A model generated the notes under the pieces. That model was not told where the DNA came from. It was given only the letters and a program-made list of their open reading frames with translations, and ran no database searches. Made by a program: the position numbers and the translations under genes. Shown in pieces: positions 39,608 to 52,860 of a stretch of 64,000 bases of DNA. The DNA comes from Octopus vulgaris. Taxonomy: Eukaryota. Positions within the stretch are counted from its first letter, which is position 1, and the number at the start of each line of letters is the position of its first letter. The stretch lies in NCBI GenBank assembly GCA_951406725.2, contig OX597830.1, forward strand, positions 67,518,001 through 67,582,000, written 5' to 3'.

Positions 39608-40309
39608 GTAAGTTGTTATTGCAAAGAAATCTAAACATAATCTATAGAGCTGAGATGAAATGTTAAAAATAACTTGTTAAATTTACACATGCGTCTTACG
39701 AAATTTCTCTTTTAATAAGGGAACAAGTCTTTTATAAGTCATAGTTAAGTTAATGGTAATATATTTCTATCGAGACAATTCTATTTGTCTATGCCATCCA
39801 ATCCACCTTTACTCAACGATACTCCTATCACGATTTTGACAAGTACAGTGATGTCGGTGCTTGGCTAATGAGGTCACAATAAGTTTGAAACATGACTGGA
39901 TTTTCTCTTTGAAGTTTTATTCTCTACATTGTTCTCATCATTATGTTTTCTCCAAATGTATTCTTCATTTTTATAAATATTTTATATAATCTTTTATGGA
40001 ATACTGTTTTTACATTTGGGCTGGTGTCCTGGTTGCTATCCTTCCTCTCTGTTCAAGTTGTATATAGAACTATTACTCTGTCGAATAGATACATACAAGC
40101 AAATATAAACATGCCTATACATATGTACAGGCACAACCAATCATATAAACACATATACACACACATTTATATGTATAATCTTCATATAAATATATATGTG
40201 TAGATGTTTATCCATCTACACATATATATATGTCTCTATTTTCACAGACAACGGTTAAACTCAAAACCTTTTTTTTTCTCATTTCTTTTGTGTTTTACAT
40301 AGACATATA

Positions 40310-40816
40310 GATCTATATGTGTATACAAACATACATACCCATATGCACATGCATATACACAGTCATACACATACATACATGAGTATGTATGCGTGTATGA
40401 ATGTTTATATGCATGTAATTTGGGTATTGTGTATATATATGTATATTACATATGTGTGTATGTCTATGTACTATATGAAAATAAAAGGAAAAAGAAAAGT
40501 TTACATGTATATACACATATACACATGCAGACACGTCTACACATGTAAATACTCAAATACATATGTACATACGTACATACATACATACATACATACATAC
40601 ATGCATGCATACATATATGCGTATATGCATGCATACGCATGTACACATGCATACTTACATACAAGTATGCATACATACATACATACATACATGCATGCAT
40701 ACATATATGCGTATATGCATGCATACGCATGTACACATGCATACTTACATACATATGCATACATACATACATACATACATACATACATACATACATACAT
40801 ACATACATACATACAT
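40310..40816. repeat. Compound (TACA)n/(TG,CA) low-complexity tract with internal duplication
   Basis: Seen directly; source of the YIHT/MYVC pseudo-ORFs. Confidence 0.9.
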
Positions 40817-40819
40817 AGC

Positions 40820-42840
40820 AGCTGTCTACTTTTCATGCAGAGTTTGACCACCTCCTGTACCTACGCTTTAGAACCATCATGGCATCTGATGTGGCTTTTT
40901 AAACCAGACAATATTTTGAAAAGCCATTCACATAGATTGCATATCTGATTTGACCAACAAGAGCTGCAGTTAAGTTCTGATCTTTGTGGATCTTAAAATG
41001 TCTTTTGAGGCCTCCGTTAGATTTGCAAACCTCCTGGCATACATTGCATTGGAAGGTGTGCACAGACATACAGGCAAAATAGCTGGTGGAGATTTGCTTT
41101 CCATGGATTCACAAATGATATTTGAGCCCAACGAAAGAAAGGCATTATCTGTCACATACTGTACACACAAAATATCACTCTAGCTGTCATATCTTGATGC
41201 AAAGCCCTGACCATGTTAACAAATTTTTCTGGGCAACCTATTTTCCTTAGAATTAGTCACAGAGTATTTCGATTAACAGTATCGAATGCTTTGCTTCAAT
41301 CAACAAAGCAATGGTATAGGGCAAGATTCTGTTCAATGCACTTTTCCTAAAATTGTCTGATAGTAAAGATACAATCAACTGTTCTCCTGGAGGAGTGAAA
41401 AATCACATTAAGAATCAGACACCTTATTTGGAACTATGAAGGTATTTAAACGTTCTAACAGAACGCGGGCAAGTACCTTTCCAACCACAAACAAAAGCTA
41501 AATCCCACGAAAATTACCACACAGATCCTTTGGCCCCGATTTATACAAGGAAACTAAAATGGCATCAATCCAGTCTTGAGGCATTTTCTTAGTTCTCCAA
41601 CATTGACTAATTAATATAGTTAAGAGTACAAACATTTTGTCACCCCCATATTTCAAGACCTCTGCACAGATTACATCAGACCCTAGAGACTTATTGCTAT
41701 TAAGCTTATTCACAGCTACATAAATGTCATTCAGAGTTGGTTCAAACGCCATCTCTTCTATAGCTAGGTGTTCAAATGTTTCTATCATCTTCATGTCATC
41801 AGATGACGGTCTATTCAAAAGTGCAGAAAAATGTTCCACCCAGCACTTATGAATAGAAGCTGTGTCAGTCAGAAACAAACGTCCATTTGCTGTTCTCACT
41901 GGAGCTATTGAAGAGGATTTGGGGCTGTATAGTTCCTTGGCATAAGAGTTCAAACCCATGGCATCATTTCTATAAGCTGCTTCTTTTACTCTATCATTCC
42001 ACCATTCCTGTTTAATTTTCCTTGGAGCAGTTAGCACTTTGCCTTTCAGCTTTTGGTAAGCTTTGTTTGAGTTGGGGTTCAAGGACTGAGAAAGAAGTGT
42101 ATTGCCTAAGTTTTGTTTTTCGAAAAGTAGGTCATGAATTTCTGTTGATTTTATCTGAGAACTAGTCACTGGACGTTCGCGATTTAAATCCCACTGATGA
42201 ACTTGCAGCCTGAAATACTTTTGTTTCTAAATCTTCCCATAGATTGTTTTGAAGTTTGCAACATTTAACTTTTTGCATACCATAGGACCAAGCAGTCAAC
42301 TTTTAGGCATTATCAAAAAAATTATTTTTCCACACACTAGATAATGGTTAGTCCAGCCCTCTGCTCCTCTCATGACCCAAACACTAGAAACATCTTTCAT
42401 ATCACATTTTCTGATCAAAATATAATCTATGAGATGCCAGTGCTTAGATCCTGGGTGCATCCAGGTGGTTTTATATTTATTTTTCTGCTTAAACAGATTG
42501 TTGGTAACAACCAGATTATTCTCAGTTCAAAACGTCAAAAGAGCTACTCAATTTTTATTATATTTTTCAATCCCATGTTCACCTAAAACAAGCCATGAAA
42601 CGTAGTCATTTCTAACTCTTGCATTGATATAAACATATTTACACATATTTGTTGGATGGCCATTTACAGCTTATGAGTTCCTCCGCCTTCTAACAGGTCT
42701 TATTTTTCATCCCGCAGGTTGTCCAACAATCATCTTACTCACCATGCAAGCTTGGTGGGGTTGCCAGTTTAGTCACCGACGACCCAACCATGCAACAGAT
42801 TTTAATGGGTTACATGTTACCAGTAGCACTCAAGTGTGAT
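40820..42840 (-). mobile_element. RTE-clade LINE remnant
   Basis: WVEHFSALLN..KSLGSD.I.AEVLKYGG..PQDWIDAILVSLYK.G...CGNFRGI, then KAFDTVNR. Confidence 0.85.
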
Positions 42841-43199
42841 CTGACATATATACATACGTAAACACACATATATATCATAAACTGCTACTTTCTCAGATGC
42901 AGCACAAAGTTTTGTCAGTGAACAGGTCGCGGGTTCAAAGCAATGAAAATATTTGGACACAAGTTAAATTTAATTGTTGAAGTGAAACTAACGGTTTTTG
43001 TATGTTCTTGAATGGCTTAGAAACATCTTGCATGCTGAAATTGTTTTTGTTTCAGCACACGATCTCAGATCAAGTCCCTTGCTATGCAATTACATCTCCG
43101 TAATTAAAGACTTTAATTTTGGTTTAAAGTGATGCTGAATTAAGGCATGAATTTCATTGTTACTTTTTTAATTTTGGGATCGCTGGTTGGGTCTGATGG

Positions 43200-44760
43200 A
43201 AGTCACTTGACAACAACACAGCTACTCTGCCTTTTGGAAATCTATCGTCATACTATCCTTCATTGATTTGCCTAGAGCTTCCAAATAATCCAAGACTACC
43301 ATTTGATCTCTCTTAAGAACTTGTCTGATTCTCAAACTCATGACAATGTGATACAGGGGTACATCAAGACCAAGAAGAGTTTGAAAACAGAATTCGCTAA
43401 AATACAGCAGAAAAGGATGTAGCATTATATTGATAGACACTCTTTATTGTAGTAGGGGTTTGCATGGCTCATTAACTCTGAGGCCAATGCAGACGGTATC
43501 TAGCACTCTTGTCAGACCGCCCATGGTGATAAATTTAAAAATTGAACCCAGACAGAATATAACCAAACTTTTCAAGATCCCTGTCACAGAGTAAACAGAT
43601 ATAGACAACAACAATAGTTAATTACAATAGTATTTGAACTGGAGAAGGTGGACAATGGCAGATGAACTGGCTAAGCTTGTACTACTCAGAACTAGAACTG
43701 AGTTATTGGGAACCTGATATTGCCCTTGGTAGTGGAGTTTTACTGTATTCCATGGTAAAGTTAATATTATTGTTTATGCTGTTGAGTAGAGTTTTGAAAT
43801 CTGTAAGTTGTTCAAATGTGTGCGTCTTGATAATAGATAAACATGTTCCCTAAACCACGCCGGCCCTCTTTTTAGGTGCAAAATATACTGTCACCTGACA
43901 CTAAAGCACGGACGTAATGGGAAACATACAAAAGGTTATAAACTTAATCATGTGTTCATTCCCTACAAACATTTAGCAGAAAACATTTAGAGCATTGATT
44001 GTTTGGATTCGTTCAGTCAACCGTATCAGCCTTAACTTACAACGCCAAACATCGTCACTTAATACTAACACACGGACGGACGTAGCGGAGAAGCCACAAA
44101 AGTTTCTAAGATTAGTCATGTGACTATCCTCTACCAAACAATTCCTATTCAAAACATATGCTAATTTGAACCATGAACACACCAATAAAAACGGGGCAAA
44201 CTTCAAACACTAGTCAGAAACAAGACAGTTGCAACATTGTCCTAGTATCATGCTAAAAGCCCCCTATGAATTTCAGTACCTGGCACACCTTCAAAGTTTT
44301 GTTTCATTAACTTTATATATAGTTTAGACGGTAATGACAATTGTCGTTATCAAATATTTATATATCCATAATTGTTATATAAATCAAACGCTGGAGTTGG
44401 GTTTTTTTATATATATTTTTCTTATTTTGAACGGCTTGGCGTTCAAGTAATTTCCTCCTAGCATTATTTAATTATTTGTTCCTGTCTGGGCTATTAAAGG
44501 TGTTTATAAATATTTTTTGTTGCTGGTACATATTCATTCCAATAAGTAATTCCTGAAGAAAAGCCTAATTCTGATTTCAAAAAGGACTTTTTCATTTTTG
44601 TTTTTGGAATTAATTAGGACTGGAGACAATTTGTAGAATTTTTATTGGATTTGTACCAATTTTAGATTAAAGATTAAAAGATTGTCTACGCCTATATTTT
44701 TTTCCTTTCCTTATACTTTATTTATTGATTATACCAATACTGAATATATTGTTTTTATAT
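43200..44760. mobile_element. Rearranged PLE remnant (RT fragment on -, 3' region with hammerhead on +)
   Basis: Minus strand 43730-43830 reads EQLTDFKTLLNSINNNINFTMEYSKTPLP (PLE RT, after YxDD). Hammerhead-like motif at 44548. Confidence 0.5.
44548..44640 (+). ncRNA. Degenerate hammerhead motif
   Basis: AATTC-CTGAAGA-..CCTAATT...AATTAGG..-GAGAC-AATTT-GTA-GAATT. GAAA is mutated to GAGA. Confidence 0.5.
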
Positions 44761-44826
44761 ATTCTTTGCTTGGATTGTACTGGTGGACTCGGATGTTTAA
44801 CATCCCTTTGAAGGGTTTTGGTCCTT

Positions 44827-45210
44827 AGGCGTAGGAGTGGCTGTGTGGTAAGTAGCTTGCTTATGAATCACATGGTTCCGGGTTCAGTCCCACTGCTTGG
44901 CACCTTGGCCAAGTGTCTTCTACTATAGCCTTGGGCCAACCAAAGCCTTGTGAGTGGATTTGGTAGACAGAAACTGAAAGAAGCTCGTCATATATATGTA
45001 TATATGTAAGTGTGTCTGTGTTTGTCCCCCAAACTTCGCTTGACAACTGATGCTGTTTATGTCCCTATAACTTAGCAGTTCAGCAAAAGACACCGATAGA
45101 ATAAGTACTAGGCTTACAAAAATAAGTCCTGGGGTCGATTTGCTCGACCAAAGGCGATGCTCCAGCATGGCCACAGTCAAATGATTGAAGCAAGTAAATG
45201 AGTAAAAGAA
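44827..45210 (+). mobile_element. Full-length tRNA-derived CORE-type SINE
   Basis: A-box TGGCTGTGTGG, B-box GGTTCAGTCC, CORE-like CCTTGGCCAAGT and GTAAAAGA tail. Confidence 0.88.
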
Positions 45211-45222
45211 TATATGTATATA

Positions 45223-45265
<43 letters not shown>

Positions 45266-46357
45266 TTGTGTGTTTGTGTTGATGGAACCTAAGGAAAAGA
45301 GAAAGTCCTAGTAAATTGTACGACAAAGTGGGGGAAATATGACCTCCAGATTTTGAGATTCACAGGGGAGATGACAAAGGACTTTGATGTTTGGTACTTT
45401 GGGCTTCAGAGGACCTGTTCAACTAAGTAAAAATTTGAGGCCCTAAAGGCATAATTATTTATGTCTATATCCCTGCACACAGTCTGTGTCCCTGATGAAG
45501 CTCTCACCTACACCGTATCTTCCTATACTCCTCTCTCCGCCCAGGTTCACCTCTCACTGCATTCCTCTCCCCTCTATCTTCTACTCTCCTTTCACACTCA
45601 CACACTTACCTACCCACTCACCATATTCAATCTCTGTACCAGTTCCTATATATACACCTCCCTGTAATTTGATGGAATGCCCCAACACATCTTCTTCACC
45701 CTCTTCTCTCTCCCTCTGCTTCCACCTGGAATAGCATTGTATCTCCTCTACTGCAACATACCTGTTTCTATCCCATCATTCATCATCACCTGGCACAAAG
45801 CCACCTCACTTAACACTGATCTCTTCCTCAGTTGAGTGGTCTTGTCCTGCAAGTTACTTGGTCACCTCACTAGTGTTGGTGCCACATAAAAATCACACTG
45901 AACTCTGTAAAGTAGTTGGTATTAAGAAGAGCATCCAGCTGTAGAAACCATGCCAAAAGAAATAGTTGGGCTTGACATGATCTTCTGCCTTACCAGTTAC
46001 TGTCAAACTATCCAATCCATGCCAAGTGGCTAGAGGACATTAAATGATGATGGTAAAGAGGATATAGATTTGTTTTTTTTTAAATTCAGAATGCTGAACT
46101 GATACCAAATTTTATTGTTTAGTCAAGTCATATTTTATACATTACTCAAATGTATTCCATACCCTGTTTTAGACCTAAATTGGGTTATATTGTATATGTG
46201 AATTAGGTATATTTTAGAATGTAATCATTTGCCTTAATCAGTTATAACTTCTTTCAACTTAACCAGTTGTTTTTTGTACCTTAATCAGATATAGTTTATG
46301 GACTAATCAAATATATTTTGTATCTTATATATGTTATATTTTCTCTTGTAATTTTAG

Positions 46358-46467
46358 GGACTCGATTCAAGGTTCCAGCTGTTGTAGTATTGGTTGGAGG
46401 TGAACTGGAAACTCTGAAGTCAGTCTCTGATTCAATATCACGCAACATCCCAGTTGTAATAGTAAAG
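46358..46467 (+). CDS. TRPM: TRPM MHR1/2 exon (TRFKVPAVVVLVGGELETL...IPVVIVK)
   Basis: AG/GT boundaries, 110 nt, phase-compatible; VP.V...V.GG and PVVIVK motifs. Confidence 0.93.
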
Positions 46468-47089
46468 GTTAGTAAACAGACTATTCTGTAAATAAGATTA
46501 TTAAATGTTTATTCAGTCTATAATGATTGCATATCTGATGAAGTCTGTAGTTAGGAAACCTAAAAGGAAGGGCTATATGAGTATTTCGTTGGTGCAGAAT
46601 TTTATATCAATATTTTATTTAATGATTTACCTGGTTGTTGGTTTTCTGGTCAACTGGTTAAATCTTATAATTATTTTCATTGGATAAATGTATTTAATTC
46701 TGAGTATTTTATAACAAATGTTCTTTAAAAAGTATGTCTCTAAATTGAACCAAGTAGAGTAATTTATTTTCTTAATATTATCAACTTATGGAAAATGGTC
46801 TCATAGACACTGTGGTTCCAACTTGTTGAAAGTCATGAGGTAATTAGAAAACTGTAGTACCTTCTGTCTTTAATAACTTGTTCTTCCTACTAAATATTAT
46901 CAACAATACCTTCACTAGAGCTTAGCTGAAACAAACTATACACACTGTTTAGCCCCATATTTGACCAGCACAAAGATCCATCATGCATCACACCAGTCCT
47001 GTCTGGACCCCTAATCTCTTAATTAATTCCAACAATCTTCAAAGACAACTAAATAGTACACTTCACATCCTTACGAACTATGTATAAAT

Positions 47090-47373
47090 AAGTTCTAAAT
47101 TTGAAAGATGAGGAATTATATACATTATTTACATTTGACGGATAATTGTCCTCATCTTGTTTGTAGCTAATACGTTTAGGCTGATATACCCTCCAGCCTT
47201 CATCAGGTGTCCTGGGGAAATTTCGAACCTGGGTTCTCATTCCTAAGGTATTTTTCCGATGTTATTATTATTATTATTCAGGTTACTGCCTGGAATCGAA
47301 CTCAGAATCTTGGGGTTAGTAGCCTGCACTCTTAACCACTACGTCATATGCCCGTGGGCAATTATGGAGTGAA
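47090..47373 (-). mobile_element. tRNA-headed short element carrying a hammerhead-like motif (retrozyme-like)
   Basis: tRNA-like 47281-47353 (TAGTGGTTAAG; GAGTTCGATTCC), then (AAT)n, then CTGATGA-AGGCTG-GAGGGTATAT-CAGCC-TAAACGT at about 47170-47206. Confidence 0.7.
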
Positions 47374-47473
47374 NNNNNNNNNNNNNNNNNNNNNNNNNNN
47401 NNNNNNNNNNNNNNNNNNNNNNNNNNNNNNNNNNNNNNNNNNNNNNNNNNNNNNNNNNNNNNNNNNNNNNNNN
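47374..47473. other. Assembly gap (100 N)
   Basis: Run of exactly 100 N, the usual placeholder for a gap of unknown size. Confidence 0.99.
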
Positions 47474-48470
47474 TTCATCCTCTGCAAGAAGCACTTTGTG
47501 GTATTAAAGAAACTTAGGCCAAATTTTCTAAAATGTTAAGAAAAAATTATAGTTTGGCATGATGCTCTTTGAATTCCACATGAGGCAGAAGTTTGTTCAT
47601 TCTGTACAACACGATAGGTATCCATCAACTTTGTCTTCTCTCATCCCATCTTTTTAACATGTTGGAGCATGTTATGACCAATATCTGTATGAACAAAACC
47701 ATATGAACACAGTCAACATTTGAGGGAGGAGCATGAAAAACTTATTTGCTGACAAAACTGAAGATCTGGTAAGAAGGAAGGTGAAGTAGTTGACTTAAAG
47801 AAGAAAGAAAAGAAAGCTGGAATATTAAGGTCATGCACTGAGATCCAGTAGCTTTGTAAAGATCACTGAATCTTGTTCTTCAAGGACCAATGGGGGGAGG
47901 GAGATATAGAAGGAATGAATGATGGACACACAACATGAAGAAATGGACCTTAGCTCTGGTACAAAACCACATCAGATAGAAAAGTTTGGTGGACAGTAAG
48001 TCCTAAAAGTACCTCTACATCACCATTGGAAGTTGAGGTCTCAAGCAATCAACAGATTGGTAGTACATATATCATAAGGTAGTTGCTAGAGGGTTTAGTT
48101 CTAACAAACAGGTAACAATGTAGTGGCTGTGGAATGAAGTTGCATATATAAGAATTTATGAAGCATAATGGTAACACAAAGAGTTATAGAGGCAATGCAG
48201 TGAATAAAGTGTAGTGGTTATGAAGATAATTAGGCTGTTGTGGCTATGGATTATAGCAGTAATAACTGGGTAAAGTTTTAGAGGATCCTTTGTTATGGCA
48301 TATACCCCTGCTGTTAGTGACTAACAAACAGATTTCTTGCAGACACCTCAGTTATGTAGTATAGTGATACAAAATATCTCTAACAGTAAAAACTGTATCC
48401 AATAATAGGCAGAAGTACAAATTTGGAAAATCACAAATAATAGAAATAAAACAAAGAAAAAGATATTTAC

Positions 48471-48661
48471 AAAATAGGTATTTTATTTTAGGCCTCTCAT
48501 CTTTTGTCGTTTGATACAGATAACGACAAAATTGGTAGATGTTACTGAGTATTACAAACGGTGGAGGCAAAGGAGGGCGGATAGAAAACTCATTGATAAT
48601 GACATATCTTTGGAGGGACCAGTGGAAATGACTTTTTTCCTGAACTTTGTTATAAGTAGAA
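48471..48661 (-). CDS. TRPM: TRPM TRP-domain exon (STYNKVQEKSHFHWSLQRYVIINEFSIRPPLPPPFVILS...)
   Basis: TTTTCAG acceptor; in frame with the S6 exon; TRP helix and LPPPF motif. The donor position is less certain. Confidence 0.93.
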
Positions 48662-49739
48662 CTGAAAAGGGAAAACAGAAAATATTATGGAGTACAACTA
48701 ATTTTCATATTGAGATTTCAATAAAGTCAGATAAATTTTATTATCACTCAACTACAAATGAATTAACTTTATTTCTATATTTTAATTCTATATTTATATC
48801 ACATCGATCATCATCATCATCATCATCATCGTTTAACGTCTGCTTTCCATGCTAGCATGGGTTGGACGATTTGACTGAGGTCTGGCAAACAAAATGGCTG
48901 CACCAGGCTCCAATCTGATCTGGCAGAGTTTCAACAGCTGGATGCCCTTCCTAACGCCAACCACTCTGAGAGTGTAGTGGGTGCTTTTACATGCCATCAG
49001 CACGATGGCCAGTCAGGCGGTACTGGCAACAGTACTGGCAATCAATATTTCTGTAAATTTTCAGGGCCTTTGCCAATCAAGGCTGAACAGGCATTTTTAT
49101 ATGTTTGACCAGACCCAGTCAAGCATTTTTGTAGGAGATGAGCAGTTACCCATACATGTGTATTTTACCCATACATCCATGCTGCTGATGTTTATCAGAA
49201 GAAAAGCCTGACAACTTGCTTCAACAGAGTTTTGATATCTGTGTTATCTTAGGCTTTGCAGGGAGAACAGAAATCTAGAATAAATACTGCAGGGCATTTT
49301 GCCTGATTCTCTACAGTTACACTTCCCTGGATAAGCACTGGACAAATCATTGTAATGGTGAAAGGTAATGTTGTCTTTTGTGGGATTTGAAAAGTCAAAG
49401 CACCACAAGGCGTTCAGCCCAGCCCTTTTACAAGAAATATAAAAAAAAGAGGTTTATTCTTATTTACACAGTTATTTCCACATAGAGTGTCATTAGAGGT
49501 CCTTGGGCTGGCTACTTTGAGTCAGTATCAAGATTTAGAAATAGCAAATATATATCATCAAAGAGGAGAATAAATTTTCAGATAGAGTTGAAGTCAATGT
49601 GCTTGTTGAAAAGAGAGCTGAATTCTCTGGTAGGTTTATGTGTTAGGAGAGATTTATCAAGGATGGGCAGTGTGAGAAAGAGGGACAGAGACAGTAAGAG
49701 AAATATCCCTATTGTTATTATTGCTATTATTATTGCCTT

Positions 49740-50890
49740 TGCACAGCTTCTAATGCTGGATATGTACTACAGTGTCAGTTGTACACTACCAGTGAACTAA
49801 GGTAACACCCCTTATTTTTCAAGCACCTTCTGGAGTATTCGAGCAGTTCCAAGCAGTGCTGTTTTCTGCAAGTACTCCACCCTTATTGCAGCCCCTATTT
49901 GTTCCACGTACTTCTTGAGATTTTTGCACACTGTTCCCAGGGCTCCAACAATTATTGGTACTTACTGCTGCCTTTTTCATCGACCACAACTGCTTAATTT
50001 CCCAAGCTAACTTGTCATATCTCTCAACATTTCATTCTTCCTTATCGCATACCTTGTTGTCAGCTGGATATGCTATGTCTATGATCCAGCATAGTTTGTT
50101 TTCTTTCTCAATTAATACTATGTCTGGCTTCCTGTTCTCAATCTCATGGTCATACTGAATCATAAAATCCCACAGTATCTTTGCATTTCTGTTTTTGACA
50201 ATGCCTTCAGGTTTGTGGTCATATCAATTTTTTGCTTTGTCAAGTCCATACTTGTTGCAAAGTGTCCAATGGACAAGCCTGGCTATATTATTGTGGCATC
50301 TCTTATATTCCTTCTGGGCAAGTGGCGTACATTGGCTGGTAATATACCATACACTTTCACCGTTTTGTCCACAGATTCTGCACTTATCACTTTCTGCTGT
50401 GTTGTCTACTCTATATTTTATGTAGTTTGTTCTTAGTGTTTGCTCTTGGGCAGCACAGATTAGAGCCTCTGTCTCTAGTTTTAAATCACTTTTAGTCCTC
50501 CACAGCCATCTTTTTTCTCTGTCAGTCTTATTTTCACTATCTCTATGAAATTGACTATGCATTCTTATCTTTATCCACTTATTTTCAGTTTCATTCATTT
50601 TCAATTGCTTCTACTGTGCTTTATCTTTGCAATCTTTCATCCTACACAAGCCTGACCTTCTTACTTCTAGTAATAGTGGTTCTGTGGCATATTTTACATA
50701 CCATGCTACGTTGTTTTCTCCTGCTCTAATACTGTGTTCGCATCCAATAAGTACTCTTCCCTCTCTTTTTCTTGGTACATATAGTCTATCTGTGTCACTT
50801 TTTGGGTGGAGTGGCCCATATCTAGTTAGCAACTTCCTTGTCTTTCAATCTAAGCTGTTTAGTTTGTCTACTGTCCATGCGATTACCCCG
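49740..50890 (-). mobile_element. R4/Dong LINE 3' fragment
   Basis: LHPKSDTDRLYVPR..GR.L, ETEALICAAQEQTLRTNY..CRICG..ESV. Confidence 0.88.
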
Positions 50891-51049
50891 ACTTTCTATT
50901 TAAATAATAGTAATAATAATTTATTCTTTTATTGGCCACAAAGGCTAATGTAAAGATACATAAAATTACATGATACAAACATAAACGACCACACAAGACG
51001 ATACAATGGATTTTCGAATCAAATAAACATTATAAAAAAGCAATGAAAA

Positions 51050-52440
51050 ATTGAAGTTGGGGGAGGCGCTTTAAGATCACCATGGAAAACCCCACAAAAC
51101 TCACAAGTGCCTGATCAACAGGGTAGAGCCCTTCTCCTATAATTTCCTTTTTTGTAGGTGTATGCTCAGAATTGGTACTTTCACACTGGCAATTCTTCCA
51201 TTCACCCACCTTTCAATAAAATTGCTAGAAGACAACACTTCACTCTCCACTCTCTCTTTTCTCTTCAAGTGAAGCTTGAAGAAGTTTGTGAGGGCTTGGC
51301 CAAAGAGGAAAGTGTCTAACTTTAGCCCTTTCAGACGAGCCCACCATAATACCTCTTTTGCTCCAGCCACCAGACAAATAAAAACTTGTTGCCCCTCACA
51401 GCCAAAGGAGGGTGGTGGGGCAATCTTCACTATGGATTCAGCTGATAGCTGGAACTGTCCTGCATGTAAGAACAGGTGTTTGACAAAAACCCACAGGTCA
51501 GCAATACTCGAACACTGGACAATGGCATGCAGAGCAGTTTTATCACTCTGGGTGCACCTTGGGCAGGCCCGGCTAGTGGCATTTCCATGTCTGTGAAATT
51601 TATCCTGGACAGGCAGTGCCCCTCGGTAATACTGCCAGGCAAGAGATTTCTGGAAGTTATTCCTAGGCTCAGGCCCAAAAGTTCTTCAAAACAGACTGGC
51701 TAGTTGATCCTTATCGACACCTAGAGTTTCTCCGAGAATGTTGTCACACTTTCACTCCACTAACCCTCTAAAGAATGCTAGAGTGGAACTACCACCAACC
51801 ACATTGCCCACTTGGTTGAGAGCTGTGAGTGCTTGATGGCACTCAACATGCCAACCACCCTTCCTTGGTCTATGCCTAAACCAGGTTTCCAGCTCTATCA
51901 AAGAGATGAGCTAGGGAAAAGTGAGTCTTACAAATGGCAACCATATCTGTTCACTATCAAGGAAATACTGGAGTGAGACTGGCTACCCTGCTTGTCACCT
52001 TGTCCCAGCTTTTCTTCACCTGGAGGTCTGGACCAAACTAGACTCTGAGCAATTTAACAGGACTGCCTGTCCATCATCCCACGATGCTGTTGGACAGCAT
52101 GAACTTGCCTCTCCAGGTGCTGAGGAGGACCCGTTGTAGCAAAAGAGGTAGTATGGTGGACACGTTTGAAAGGGCTTAAGATAGCCACTTTCCTCTTAGG
52201 CCAAGCCCTCATCAACTTTTTCAAGTTTCACTTGAAAAAAAAGTTGAGGGTGAAGAGGGAAGTGTTGTCTTCTAGCAAGTTTGCTGAAAGGTGGGTGAAT
52301 GTTGAAAGAATGGCAAGTGTGAGCGTGGACCTGTAAAAAAAGGGAATTAAATGAGAAGGGCTCTTTCCCTGTTGATCAGTCAGCTGTGGGTTTTGTGGGG
52401 TTTTGCACGATGACTTTAAAGCGCCTGCCCTATTGGGAGT
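51050..52440. mobile_element. L1/Tx1-like 3' fragments in inverted arrangement
   Basis: 51060-51335(-) and 52170-52440(+) are diverged reverse complements (FFK.HLK.K..V..EVLSSS.F.ERW). Confidence 0.6.
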
Positions 52441-52461
52441 TTTAATTTCTTCTTCTTTCTT

Positions 52462-52860
52462 CTTTTACTCGTTTCAGTCATTTGACTGCGGCCATGCTGG
52501 AGCACCGCCTTTAGTCGAGCAAATCAACCCCAGGACTTATTCTTTGTAAGCCCAGTACTTATTCTATCGGTCTCTTTTTGCTGAACCACTAAGTGATGGG
52601 GACATAAACACACCAGCATCGGTTGTCAAGCAATGCTAGGGGGACAAACACAGACACACAAACACACATGCATACATATATATATATACATATATATGAC
52701 AGGCTTCTTTCAGTTTCCGTCTACCAAATCCACTCAGAAGGCATTGGTTGGCCCGGGGCTATAGCAAAAGACACTTGCCCAAGATGCCACGCAGTGGGAC
52801 TGAACCCGGAACCATGTGGTTGGTTAGCAAGCTACTTACCACACAGCCACTCCTGCGCCT
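52462..52860 (-). mobile_element. Full-length tRNA-derived CORE-type SINE
   Basis: Reverse complement of the 44827/61208 family. Confidence 0.9.

Noticed and set aside
40319-40948. 209-aa His/Tyr-rich ORF
   Set aside because: (TACA)n low-complexity sequence, open in several frames.
47281-47353. Possible tRNA gene
   Set aside because: The acceptor stem does not pair properly and it is embedded in a repeat, so it is treated as a tRNA-derived head.
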